From: an uncultured delta proteobacterium
GTDB lineage: Bacteria; Desulfobacterota; Desulfomonilia; UBA1062
Assembly: GCA_963785235.1 (NCBI GenBank)
Contig: CAWAUM010000002.1
Span: forward strand, 96,001 to 160,000
Length of the DNA stretch: 64,000 nt
Direction: 5' to 3'
This document shows positions 49,447 to 59,402 of the stretch, one piece after another (position 1 is the stretch's first letter; each line of letters starts with the position of its first letter). The translations under genes were made by a program, and so were the position numbers. The notes beneath the pieces are model-generated. The model searched no databases and had not been told where the DNA came from. It was given only the letters and a program-made list of their open reading frames with translations.

Positions 49447-52400
49447 GTGAAATTATCCAGGGTCGAGATCAAAGGATTCAAGTCCATAGCGAAAAAGATA
49501 TCCCTTGCCATCTCCGGCGGGGTGACCTGCATTGCAGGGCCCAACGGTTGCGGCAAGAGCAACATCATTGATGCAGCCAGGTGGGCGCTTGGCGAGCAGT
49601 CGGCCAAGTCCTTGCGTGCCTCATCCATGAATGAAGTGATCTTTTCCGGGACCCAGGATGTGGGCCCCAGTTCCATGGCCAGTGTAACGTTGGAGTTCAT
49701 CAAGGATGGCGGACCTTTCCCCAAGACCCTTGAAGGATTCGAACAGGTAGCCATTACCAGGCGGCTTTTCCGTTCCGGCGAGAGCGAGTACCTCATCAAT
49801 AATGTCAGGTGCCGCCTGAAAGACATAACAGACCTGTTTTTAGACACGGGCCTGCACAAGAGCGGCTATGCCATTATCGAACAAGGCAAGGTCAAGGACA
49901 TCATCCAGGCCAAACCAGAAGAGATCCGCTATCTCATCGAAGAAGCCGCAGAGGTGGGGAAATTCCGCATAAAACGCACTGAGGCACTGAAAAGGCTTGA
50001 GGCCACATCCAAGAACCTCGAGCGCATAAACGACCTGCTGGGCGAGGTGACAAGACAGAGGAACGACCTGAAGACACAGGCCAACAAGGCAAGAAGATAT
50101 CAAGACCTGAGAAAGGAGGTCAATGAGATCTCCAGGCTCCTGTCCGCAAGCGAGCTCAAGGACATTGCCATGCTTAAGGGGGCTTATGAGCAGCAGCTGA
50201 AGAACATTGAGGCCGGACTAAGCCGGATGGAAGAGGCCCGCACGGAACTGATGGGGAAATTGGGTGTGTATGAATCCGAGAGCATCCGCCTCAAGGGCGA
50301 GATGGATGCACTGGCCTCATCCTTGAGCGATACCGAATCAAGGCAATTATTGGCAGCCCGTGAGATCGAGGGATTCCAGGAGAGACTAAAAGACAGTTCC
50401 GCCACCATGGGCATGCTCAGCCAGAACATGGCCGAAGCACACCGGTATATTGATGAAGAGGGGGCCAAGGTTGCTGTGCTCATGCAGGAGCTGTCCGCCC
50501 TTAAGGATGAAATGGATGGGGCGCAGACTCACCTTGCAGGGCAACAGGTGCGCCACGATGAACTTGTACAGGAATACGACGCCCTCGAAAAACTATACAA
50601 CGAGAAGAGGACAGGGCTTTTTGAGGCCATCTCAGAGGTGCGTTCCATTGAGCAGCGCATCATAGAAGTGCAGGGCCGTATCAAGGAGGTCAATGCAACC
50701 ATCAAAAGACGACAGCAGGACCTTTCCTCCTGTGTTGATGCCGCCGGGGCGTTGTCTCAAGAGCTTGTCCTTCTTGAGGCGGAGATTTCCCGGATAAACC
50801 AGTCCATGCAGCCCATACACGAACAGATAGGGGAAAGTGCCGCTGCAATGGAGGCCGCCAGGGCCGCCATTGAGGCAGGTACGCAAAGACTTTTCGGACA
50901 GGAAAAGACCCAGGCAGAGATCCTGGCCAAGCTCTCCGTGCTCAGCAGGATCATCGACGATGAATCCTCAGCACAGCATAGTCCTGATAAAACAAGAACA
51001 AACGGCAAGAAGAAGGTCTCTGACCTGCTCAGTGTTCAGGCCGGTTACGAGGAGGCAGTGGGCAGGTCCATGGGCAATGCCTTGGACTTCCTGATCTTCC
51101 GTGATCATGAGGAGATAGTCTCGCTTCATGGATTCCAGTCAAAAGGCCCCGGTTTTGTCATAGAGCAGCCGCATATCGAAAAGCACAGCCAGGGCACTTT
51201 GTCGGGAGCTTTTGGTGTGCTGGGTCTTCTCAAGGAGTTTATCGAGGCCCATGACGGCTATGCCGATATTGTGCATGCGCTTTCCCAGAACATGTGGGTG
51301 GTTGAAGACCTTGAGGCTGGGCTTACGTTGTGGAAACAGGGACACAGGTCGTGCAGGTTTGTAACCATGGACGGTATGATCCTGGAGCCAACCGGCGTTA
51401 TCAGGACCACGCAGGAACACACAAAGTATGCAGATGTGCTCAAGGCAAAGGCGGAGATGAAGGACCTTGCCGAGCGTGAGAAAATCATTGCCATGGACAT
51501 GGAACAGGAGAGCCTTTCGCTCAAACAGGCCAGGCAGGTGCTTGTGGATCTTACAGCCCGGAACGATGAAGCCTGTGCGGCATTGATTGCCATGGAGCGC
51601 GAGAGGTCTGCCTTTGAGGAGAAAAAAGGGCGTATCCTGGCGCAGAAGGAGAGGATTTTCGAGCAGCATCGAACCTATGAGGCCGATCTTGCCCAGACGA
51701 ATGAACTTGAAGGCAGGCTTGATATTCAGGTTGCTTCGTTGGGGGAGTCCAAAACGGCCCTTGAAGAGGAACGGACAAGGCGCGAGGAGGCACTTAAGGA
51801 GATCGATGAAAGAAAACTCGCATCCAGACAGGGGCTTACACAATCACAGGAGAATATCGGATTGATCCGTGAAAGGGCCAATGATCTGAAGGTCCTATTT
51901 GCAGAGAAGTCCTCGGGCATCAAGGCAATAGAGGAGTCTTTTGAAAAGAGAAGAGAGTCCATTGTAAAAGACCAGGCCCGGCTCGATGAGATCATACGAA
52001 CCAGACTCATGGTGGAGCAGTCCATGGAAACCTCGGAAAAGCAACTGCTCAGCGCACAAAGCTCCATACTGAACCTGAGGGCATCATATACCGCGCTCCT
52101 GCCCGAATATGAAAAGGCGCTGGGCCTGGCCAGATCAGCCCAGGAGGAGTTCAAAGCACAGCGGGCTGCCCTTGATGAGGCTGAGAAATCACGTTCCGAA
52201 ATGCTCCTGAAGAACAAGGAGTTCGAGATTGCGTATGCCATGAACCTCGAACGGATGGAGGGCAGGTTCGGTAACGGCATCCCCGAGATTCCCGAAACCT
52301 TTGATGCCCTGCAGGCACGGCAAAGGGCAGGCGAGATTGAGGATCGTATAGAGAAGATGGGGCAGATCAACTTTGCATCTCTGGAGGCCTTTGAGCAGGC

Positions 52401-52974
52401 CCAGCAGCGATGGGAGGATCTCCATAGGCAATATGAGGACATCGTAAAGGCAAGCACCCGACTGAGAGAGGTGATCTCAAATATTGAGCGCCAGAGCATA
52501 AAATCTTTCAATAGCACCTTTGTCAAGGTGAAGGAGAACTTTCAGGAAATATTCACTGCAATGTTCGGAGGAGGAAAGGCCGATCTTGTTCTGGATGAGG
52601 GCGAAGAGATAGAGGCCGGCATCACGATCTTTGCCTCACCTCCCTTTAAACGGCTCAGGGCCATGAGTCTCCTGTCAGAGGGAGAAAAGACCCTGTGTGC
52701 CATCAGCTTCATATTTGCGCTCTTCAAGGTCCACCCCTCTCCATTTTGCATCCTTGATGAGGTGGATGCACCTCTGGATGATGCCAATGTCATCAGGCTC
52801 AACCGGCTTATCAGGTCTTTTTCAAATGACTCACAGTTTCTCATTGTCACCCATAACAGATATACTATGGAGACAGCGGATATACTCTATGGCATTACCT
52901 TTGATGTGCCCGGGATCAGCAAGGTGGTTTCAATGGTCCTGGACGAGGTACAGGACAAAACAATTCTTCATTAA
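49447..52974 (+). CDS. smc: Chromosome segregation protein SMC
   Basis: GFKS, GPNGCGKSN, long coiled coils with hinge, PFCILDEVDAPLD, QFLIVTH. Signature reads LSEGE. Confidence 0.95.
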   Translation: MKLSRVEIKGFKSIAKKISLAISGGVTCIAGPNGCGKSNIIDAARWALGEQSAKSLRASSMNEVIFSGTQDVGPSSMASVTLEFIKDGGPFPKTLEGFEQVAITRRLFRSGESEYLINNVRCRLKDITDLFLDTGLHKSGYAIIEQGKVKDIIQAKPEEIRYLIEEAAEVGKFRIKRTEALKRLEATSKNLERINDLLGEVTRQRNDLKTQANKARRYQDLRKEVNEISRLLSASELKDIAMLKGAYEQQLKNIEAGLSRMEEARTELMGKLGVYESESIRLKGEMDALASSLSDTESRQLLAAREIEGFQERLKDSSATMGMLSQNMAEAHRYIDEEGAKVAVLMQELSALKDEMDGAQTHLAGQQVRHDELVQEYDALEKLYNEKRTGLFEAISEVRSIEQRIIEVQGRIKEVNATIKRRQQDLSSCVDAAGALSQELVLLEAEISRINQSMQPIHEQIGESAAAMEAARAAIEAGTQRLFGQEKTQAEILAKLSVLSRIIDDESSAQHSPDKTRTNGKKKVSDLLSVQAGYEEAVGRSMGNALDFLIFRDHEEIVSLHGFQSKGPGFVIEQPHIEKHSQGTLSGAFGVLGLLKEFIEAHDGYADIVHALSQNMWVVEDLEAGLTLWKQGHRSCRFVTMDGMILEPTGVIRTTQEHTKYADVLKAKAEMKDLAEREKIIAMDMEQESLSLKQARQVLVDLTARNDEACAALIAMERERSAFEEKKGRILAQKERIFEQHRTYEADLAQTNELEGRLDIQVASLGESKTALEEERTRREEALKEIDERKLASRQGLTQSQENIGLIRERANDLKVLFAEKSSGIKAIEESFEKRRESIVKDQARLDEIIRTRLMVEQSMETSEKQLLSAQSSILNLRASYTALLPEYEKALGLARSAQEEFKAQRAALDEAEKSRSEMLLKNKEFEIAYAMNLERMEGRFGNGIPEIPETFDALQARQRAGEIEDRIEKMGQINFASLEAFEQAQQRWEDLHRQYEDIVKASTRLREVISNIERQSIKSFNSTFVKVKENFQEIFTAMFGGGKADLVLDEGEEIEAGITIFASPPFKRLRAMSLLSEGEKTLCAISFIFALFKVHPSPFCILDEVDAPLDDANVIRLNRLIRSFSNDSQFLIVTHNRYTMETADILYGITFDVPGISKVVSMVLDEVQDKTILH

Positions 52975-53081
52975 GGGAAATTATTTGCCGTTTTCCCCTT
53001 TTCTTTCCCAATAAAGCAGCCTAATATGTAGGTTTGAATCGTGCACATATATTGCAAGGAAATATAAAGAGGTAAAGATCC

Positions 53082-54062
53082 ATGACGCGGGTTATCGCTG
53101 TTACATCCGGTAAAGGAGGGATCGGCAAGAGTAATTTCGTGCTGAATGTGGCCATTTGTCTGGCTGCAATGGAATCCAATGTCCTGATTCTCGATGCCGA
53201 CCTGGGGTTAGCCAATCTCGATGTCCTTTTAGGGGTCAGGACTCACAAGACCCTTGAAGACGTAGTCCTGGGAAGGGCGCAGTTAAATGATATCATTATC
53301 AAGACCGATTACCGCATCGGGTTGATCCCCGGCGCCTCGGGCACCCAGGACATTGCGGACCTGGGCAAAGAAGAGATCGGGAATCTCCTGGAGGCGGTCA
53401 AAGAGATCTCCCGGGACACCGATTTTCTTCTGATAGATACCTCATCGGGCATATCGACCGGGGTGGTATCGTTTCTCATGGCAGTACCTGAGGTTGTGGT
53501 CGGGGTGGCCGATGAGCCCACGAGCCTCACTGACGCCTATGCACTCATCAAGGTCCTCAAGCGCAACGGTTATGACGGCAGGATCTCCATGTTCGCAAGT
53601 ATGGTCAAGAACTCTACGGCAGGGCATAACCTCTTCAAGAAGATATCGTCCGCCACCCAGAGATTCCTGGATATTCAGGTTGATTATCTCGGGAGTATCT
53701 ATTCCGATGACAAACTCGTACGGGCGGTAACCGACCAGGTCCCTGCCGTGGTGAGGTTTCCCACCTCGGATATTGCCAGGTGCTACCGGGTCATTGCGCT
53801 GACCATGCTCGGGCAGAAGGCAGTAGGCGCTGATGTTGAAAAGCTCTGGTCACGGCTCATCCATATGATCGTGAAGGGAACAAAACCCAAGGTGATTAGG
53901 GCCATATCTTTTAACGGGGAAGCCCCGGACAAGAACCTTGAGAAGACCTTCCACGACATCCTGGATGAACAGCGTAAGACCCGTCTCCTCCTTGAGCGCC
54001 TGGTAAATAAGCTTGAGCAGGATGGTACATCTACAAAAAGCATTAAGGGTTATTCTGCGTGA
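53082..54062 (+). CDS. MinD/ParA ATPase, FlhG/FleN-like, with C-terminal extension
   Basis: SGKGGIGKS, DADLGLANLD, EPTSLTDAYALIK. Confidence 0.88.
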   Translation: MTRVIAVTSGKGGIGKSNFVLNVAICLAAMESNVLILDADLGLANLDVLLGVRTHKTLEDVVLGRAQLNDIIIKTDYRIGLIPGASGTQDIADLGKEEIGNLLEAVKEISRDTDFLLIDTSSGISTGVVSFLMAVPEVVVGVADEPTSLTDAYALIKVLKRNGYDGRISMFASMVKNSTAGHNLFKKISSATQRFLDIQVDYLGSIYSDDKLVRAVTDQVPAVVRFPTSDIARCYRVIALTMLGQKAVGADVEKLWSRLIHMIVKGTKPKVIRAISFNGEAPDKNLEKTFHDILDEQRKTRLLLERLVNKLEQDGTSTKSIKGYSA

Positions 54063-54320
54063 TCGCGCAGCTTGAGACACCCTGTGGACCTTTGTGGATA
54101 TCCGGAGGGAAAGATTCGGTTGATACCATTTCGTGGAACCCTCTTGAGGGTCTTCGACATCATGGTGAACTGGACTAGTTGCTCCATCCCCTCGATTTCT
54201 ATTTCTCCCGAGCTGGACAATAAACAATACCGGTGAATCCGTTTGACAAGATCCACAGGTGTGGCATAAAGAGCTGCACCGAAGCAGTGCAGCGAATAAG
54301 GCATCATGGAGGCAACCCTG

Positions 54321-55319
54321 GTGACGCCACTTGTAGATCTATATGAAAGGCGCATTAATTATGTAAGAATCTCTGTCACCGACCGGTGCAACCTGAGGTG
54401 CAGGTACTGCATGCCGGAGTCCGGTGTACAGTGGGTCCCCCATGAAAAGGTCATTTCCTACGAGGAACTCTATCGCATCTTGAATATATGCATCTTGCGT
54501 GGCGTTGAAAAGGTACGGATAACAGGGGGAGAGCCCCTGCTCCGTAAGGGTATAATCGATTTTATCAAGCATGTGAACGAGATCGTAGGCCTTAAAGATA
54601 TATCGCTGACCACCAACGGCATCCTCCTGGAATCCATGGCAAAAAAGATGAAGGAGGCCGGGCTTAAAAGGGTCAATGTGAGCCTGGATACCCTTGATAG
54701 AAAAAAATTCGCCTACATCACAAAGGTCGATGCCATCGATGAGGTCATCAGGGGTATCTGTGCTGCTCATGAGCATGGGTTGATCCCGGTCAAGGTCAAT
54801 GTAGTGGCTATACGCGGGTTCAATGACAGCGAGATCCCTGATTTTGCGCGGCTCACTGTTACATTACCCATTGAGGTACGTTTTATCGAACTCATGCCCA
54901 TCGGGTGCATCACCAAATATCCTGAGAATGAGGGTATCGGCGCCAATGAGATCAGGGATTCCATTGAGCGCGTGTATGGACCGATGGAACAACTCAAGGC
55001 GGGTCTTGGCCCTGCAAAAGCCTATAAAATCCCCGGGGCAAAAGGGAGCATAGGTATAATCGGTTCCTTAAGTGAACATGATTTCTGCAGGGCATGCAAC
55101 CGCATACGCATCACGGCCAGGGGAAAATTAAGGCCATGTCTTTTTTCCGAAAACGAGATCGACCTTCTCACCCCAATGCGTGGCGGCATCTCTGATGAAG
55201 CCCTGGAAGGGCTCATTGAAGAGGGGGTAAGGAAAAAGCCGCCTTCACATGGCGTATGCCGTGGCCTGGACCTTGTTCAGGCAGCGCCCAGGTCAAAGAT
55301 GTCTGATATAGGCGGATGA
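54321..55319 (+). CDS. moaA: GTP 3',8-cyclase
   Basis: RISVTDRCNLRCRYC, TGGEPLLR, FCRACNRIR..G.LRPCL, C-terminal IGG. Start is GTG 54321 (GGAGG RBS) or ATG 54306. Confidence 0.96.
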   Translation: MTPLVDLYERRINYVRISVTDRCNLRCRYCMPESGVQWVPHEKVISYEELYRILNICILRGVEKVRITGGEPLLRKGIIDFIKHVNEIVGLKDISLTTNGILLESMAKKMKEAGLKRVNVSLDTLDRKKFAYITKVDAIDEVIRGICAAHEHGLIPVKVNVVAIRGFNDSEIPDFARLTVTLPIEVRFIELMPIGCITKYPENEGIGANEIRDSIERVYGPMEQLKAGLGPAKAYKIPGAKGSIGIIGSLSEHDFCRACNRIRITARGKLRPCLFSENEIDLLTPMRGGISDEALEGLIEEGVRKKPPSHGVCRGLDLVQAAPRSKMSDIGG

Positions 55320-55324
55320 AGGAA

Positions 55325-55672
55325 TTAGGCCTGTTCCAGGGTATGCATCATTTCCAGCAGCCTGTTGAAGGACGTAAGGTCTTTTTTAAAGAGGACCTTA
55401 TTGGTGTTCAGGAATGACAGTCCGGAGCACTTTTCCTTTTCAACAGCCCATACCACCTTGCAGTACAGTGATATATCCCCAATGTCATGGAGATCGTCTA
55501 TGGCAAGCCTCACCACTGAACCTACCGGGATATGTGCCCCTGCTATACACACACCCTCAACGCTGGCATTGACCACAGTAATGGTCTTCACGGTCTCGCT
55601 GATCTCTATGGAACCTTTAACTTCAGGAAAGGGAACCCGTTCATGTATCCGTTTTTCTTTTTTGCTGTGCAT
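55325..55672 (-). CDS. PilZ-domain protein
   Basis: RxxxR (KRIHER) and NxSxxG (NASVEG) motifs, CKVVW. Confidence 0.8.
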   Translation of the reverse strand: MHSKKEKRIHERVPFPEVKGSIEISETVKTITVVNASVEGVCIAGAHIPVGSVVRLAIDDLHDIGDISLYCKVVWAVEKEKCSGLSFLNTNKVLFKKDLTSFNRLLEMMHTLEQA

Positions 55673-55836
55673 GGTGATAAAAAATACATTGTAGGCACAG
55701 TTCTGTCAAGACCTTATCCCGCTTGAGCGATTGTACGATTATCCCCCTTACTATATAATGCTGTTCAGTTAATTGGTCATCTCTGGAATGATCACCGGTT
55801 ATGAAACCACATGCGTTCGCTTGAAAGGGGGAGGTA

Positions 55837-56986
55837 ATGGATTTCGATCTTTCCGAGCACCACCAGATCCTCAAGGATTCTATAAGGCGTTTTGCCGTCC
55901 AGGAGATAGGGCCGAGAGTTGCTGTCATGGACAGGGATGAAGCCTTTGATGAGGTCCTCTGGCAGAAAGGCAGGGAACTGGGATTTGTCGGTATGGGTAT
56001 CAGCCCGGAATACAGCAGGAAGTTTCATCGATCATGTTTCGCTCGGTATCATGGCAGAAGAGGTAAGCAAGATAGATCCGGGTGTTGCTGTTGTCTTTGG
56101 GGCCCATTCAGTCCTGTGCGGCAACAACATCGAGAGAAACGGTACACAGGGACAGAAGGAGAAATACCTGCCCCTGCTTGCATCCGGTACCATGAGAGGT
56201 TGCATGGGTATTACCGAGCCCGAGGCGGGCTCGGACGCCCTGTCCATCCGGACCAGGGCCTGCAAAGATGGCAGGGAGTATGTGCTCAATGGGACCAAGA
56301 TGTTCATTTCCAATGCCCCTATTGCAGATGTTGCACTCATCTATGCCACAACAGACCCGTCCCTGGGGCCGAAGGGGTTGAGCGCCTTCATTGTTGAAAA
56401 GGCATTCCCGGGCTATACACGGGGCAAGAGTCTTTCAAAGATGGGCCTTCGATCGTCCCCCACCGGTGAGATCATACTTGAAGAGTGCCGGGTGCCGGAG
56501 GAAAACCTGCTCGGCGGTGTCGAGGGTACAGGTCTGGCTATCATGTTTTCAGGTCTTGACGTGGAACGTATCCTCTGGAGCTGCCAGGCCATCGGCATCG
56601 CCCAGGCAGCGTTTGATGCTGCGCACAAGTATGCCAAAGAGCGACGGCAGTTCACACAACCCATCATATCCTTCCAGATGATCCAGGATAAGCTGGCAAA
56701 TATGCTTGTGGATATCGAAGCAGCAAGGCTGCTTGCATACAAGGGACTTGTGAGCCTCGATAAAGGGACTAAGAGGCAGACCAGGATGCTTGCTGCCCAA
56801 GTCAAGCTCTTTGCCTGCGAGATGGTAAATCGCATCACCTCGGATGCACTCCAGATACACGGCGGATATGGCTACATGAAGGAGTTCCCGCTGGAGCGGT
56901 TCGTTCGGGACGGCAGGGCCTATGCCATTGGCGCCGGAACGAGTGAGATCCAGAAGCTCATCATCGGCAGCTACCTCATGACTTGA
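55837..56986 (+). CDS. Acyl-CoA dehydrogenase, isovaleryl-CoA DH-like, frameshift near 56012
   Basis: MDFDLSEHHQIL N-terminus (ORF 55837) joins TEPEAGSD, LNGTKMFISN, KMGLRSSPT, GLDVER, IHGGYGY, IGAGTSEI (ORF 55919). Confidence 0.88.
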
Positions 56987-57068
56987 GTCGATAAGGATCG
57001 ATCCAAGAGTATACCCTAGGTATTTATAAAGAGTGTACAAAAAACACAGCCGAGAGGTCTGCACTTCG

Positions 57069-58388
57069 ATGAATGGCACAAATATTCTCCTTGTCAATCC
57101 CTGGATTTATGACTTTGCCGCCTATGACCTTTGGGTAAAACCTCTGGGACTGCTCTATATCGGGGCTATGCTAAGGAAATACGGATGCAGGGTGGATCTC
57201 ATTGACTGCCTGAAAACAGGACCCGGTGATTTGAAGAAACAAGGCGGGCATGGGAGGTTCCCCAGAGAGATCATCCCCAAGCCCGCTGCCCTTCATATGA
57301 TCCCAAGGTACTATGCCAGGTACGGCATCACGCCAAGGGCATTTATCGATGAGCTTGAAAAAATCATACGGCCGGATGCGGTGCTTGTCACCTCGATGAT
57401 GACCTACTGGTATCCAGGGGTCTTCGAGGCCATCCGGATAATCAAGGAGCGCCTCCCGGGTGTACCCGTGATCCTGGGCGGCATATATGCCACACTCTGC
57501 ACCGCTCATGCCCGGAAATACTCCGGCGCAGATCATATCATATCCCATGAAGGGGAGATGAAAATTCTCAGGCTTTTCAGTGCTATGTGGGACAAACCCC
57601 TGGAGGATGTCCGAGGAACGGACGACCTTGATACCCTCCCCTACCCGTGCTTTGATCTCATGACAGACCTGCGCTCTGTCAGTATCCGGACCTCGAGGGG
57701 GTGCCCCTATCGCTGTACCTACTGCGCTTCACACTTCCTCTGCAACTCTGAGCGCCGCAGATCGCCGGTGAAAGTGGCCGATGAGATTGAATTCTGGAAA
57801 GCTGAGCACGGCGTGCAGGACTTTGCCTTCTACGATGATGCCCTGCTTACACCAAGGTCTCATGCAACAATTATCCTCAAAGAGATTATATCCAGGGACC
57901 TTTCTGTGAGGTTCCACTGCCCCAACGGTCTTCATGCCCGCGAGATCACCCAAGAGACAGCCCTGCTCATGAGGCAGGCAGGATTCGCCACCATCAGGCT
58001 CGGCCTGGAAACTTCAGACCCGTTGAGGCAGCGCCGGACCGGGGGCAAGGTGACAAACGCCGAGTTTATTGATGCTATGGAGAACCTTCATAAGGCAGGC
58101 TATGGCGATGAAGAGGTCGGTGTCTATATCCTGTGCGGTCTGCCGGGTCAGAGTGCTTCAGAGGTGATGGATGCCGTGAGCTTTGTAAGAGAAAACGGTG
58201 GAAGGCCAAGGCTGTCCGAGTACTCACCCATACCCCACACACACGAATGGGAGGAAGCAAAGAGGTCAAGCCGGTATCCTATAGAGGAAGAACCCCTGTA
58301 CCAGAACAACACCATCCTACCATGCAGATCCGATGCGTTCACCTATGAGCAGTATCAGGAGATCAAGAATTCGCTCAAGGTGTCTTGA
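57069..58388 (+). CDS. B12-binding domain radical SAM protein
   Basis: KPLGLLYI, VILGGIYAT, TSRGCPYRCTYC, FYDD. Confidence 0.9.
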   Translation: MNGTNILLVNPWIYDFAAYDLWVKPLGLLYIGAMLRKYGCRVDLIDCLKTGPGDLKKQGGHGRFPREIIPKPAALHMIPRYYARYGITPRAFIDELEKIIRPDAVLVTSMMTYWYPGVFEAIRIIKERLPGVPVILGGIYATLCTAHARKYSGADHIISHEGEMKILRLFSAMWDKPLEDVRGTDDLDTLPYPCFDLMTDLRSVSIRTSRGCPYRCTYCASHFLCNSERRRSPVKVADEIEFWKAEHGVQDFAFYDDALLTPRSHATIILKEIISRDLSVRFHCPNGLHAREITQETALLMRQAGFATIRLGLETSDPLRQRRTGGKVTNAEFIDAMENLHKAGYGDEEVGVYILCGLPGQSASEVMDAVSFVRENGGRPRLSEYSPIPHTHEWEEAKRSSRYPIEEEPLYQNNTILPCRSDAFTYEQYQEIKNSLKVS

Positions 58389-58393
58389 GATAT

Positions 58394-59332
58394 TCAGGAA
58401 GAAATCTGGAAACCCTTGATGATTGCGGTGAGCACGTCATTGACCGGCGTGGGGATGCCCTGCTCGCGGCCGTATCTGCTGATGGCGCCGTTGAGCGCAT
58501 CGATCTCGGTAAGCCTGCCGCCCTTTGCCATGTCCTGGAGCATGGAGGACCGGTGTGTTACCGTGGGCGGAAGCTGTGATTCAGTGAGGGTCTTATAATA
58601 GGCTTGGGCGTTTTCATAGGGGAGCTTCACCCCCTTGGAGTCAGCAACCTGAAAGATCTCGGCAATGATCCGGCGCATTGTCTCCATGACTTCGGGGGTT
58701 TCCTGTAAACTGCCGTAGGGCACGTTCAAGATGGCCCCCAGGGCGTTCAGCGAGCAGTTGTAGAGCACCTTGCCCCACAGGAAGGAGGTAATCGTATCGC
58801 AGAGTGAGGTGGGGATGCCTGCATCGTTGAAGTGATCGCAGACCTTTTCTATTATGCCCGCAGGGGCTGTCCCGGAAGGCGAGCCTAAAAGCACCTTGTC
58901 GGCATAGACCGTCACCCTTGCAGTGCCCGGTGTCTCGATCTCGGCGCCGAAGATGACGCGGGCACCCACCGTCCGTTCCCAACCCACGGCCTGGGCGATG
59001 GCCTCCCAATTGCCAAGGCCGTTCTGGATGGAAAAGATGAGAGATTTATCATGGATAAAAGGCAGTGTCTGGGTGATGACCGCAGCGGTATGGTAGGATT
59101 TCACGGACAGCAGCACCACGTCATAGGCCCCGGAGAGGTCCCTGGTGCCATAGTATGCCTTTACGGGGCCGATCCTGTGCTCTCCCCAGATGCCGGTGAT
59201 GGTAAGGCCCTGCTTCTGCATGGCCAGCAGGTGGTCGTCTGCACCCACAAAGGTCACGTCATGACCGTGCTCTGCGAGCAATCCCCCGAATACGCTTCCT
59301 AAGGCACCTGCTCCCATCACCAGGTATTTCAT
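58394..59332 (-). CDS. panE: 2-dehydropantoate 2-reductase family
   Basis: GAGALG, VKSY, QNGLG, WGKVLYN, SSMLQD, TEIDALNG. Confidence 0.9.
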   Translation of the reverse strand: MKYLVMGAGALGSVFGGLLAEHGHDVTFVGADDHLLAMQKQGLTITGIWGEHRIGPVKAYYGTRDLSGAYDVVLLSVKSYHTAAVITQTLPFIHDKSLIFSIQNGLGNWEAIAQAVGWERTVGARVIFGAEIETPGTARVTVYADKVLLGSPSGTAPAGIIEKVCDHFNDAGIPTSLCDTITSFLWGKVLYNCSLNALGAILNVPYGSLQETPEVMETMRRIIAEIFQVADSKGVKLPYENAQAYYKTLTESQLPPTVTHRSSMLQDMAKGGRLTEIDALNGAISRYGREQGIPTPVNDVLTAIIKGFQISS

Positions 59333-59402
59333 TGCAGCCCTCTTATCGCGCCCGGTGCTGTATGTGCCCGCGGGCAGCTCATTCCATACCAAAGGCCGCC
59401 AT

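Noticed and set aside
54050-54355. 101-aa minus-strand ORF between the FlhG-like gene and moaA
   Set aside because: It overlaps both neighbours and has no clear RBS or family motif. Kept only as an alternative to the RNA hypothesis.
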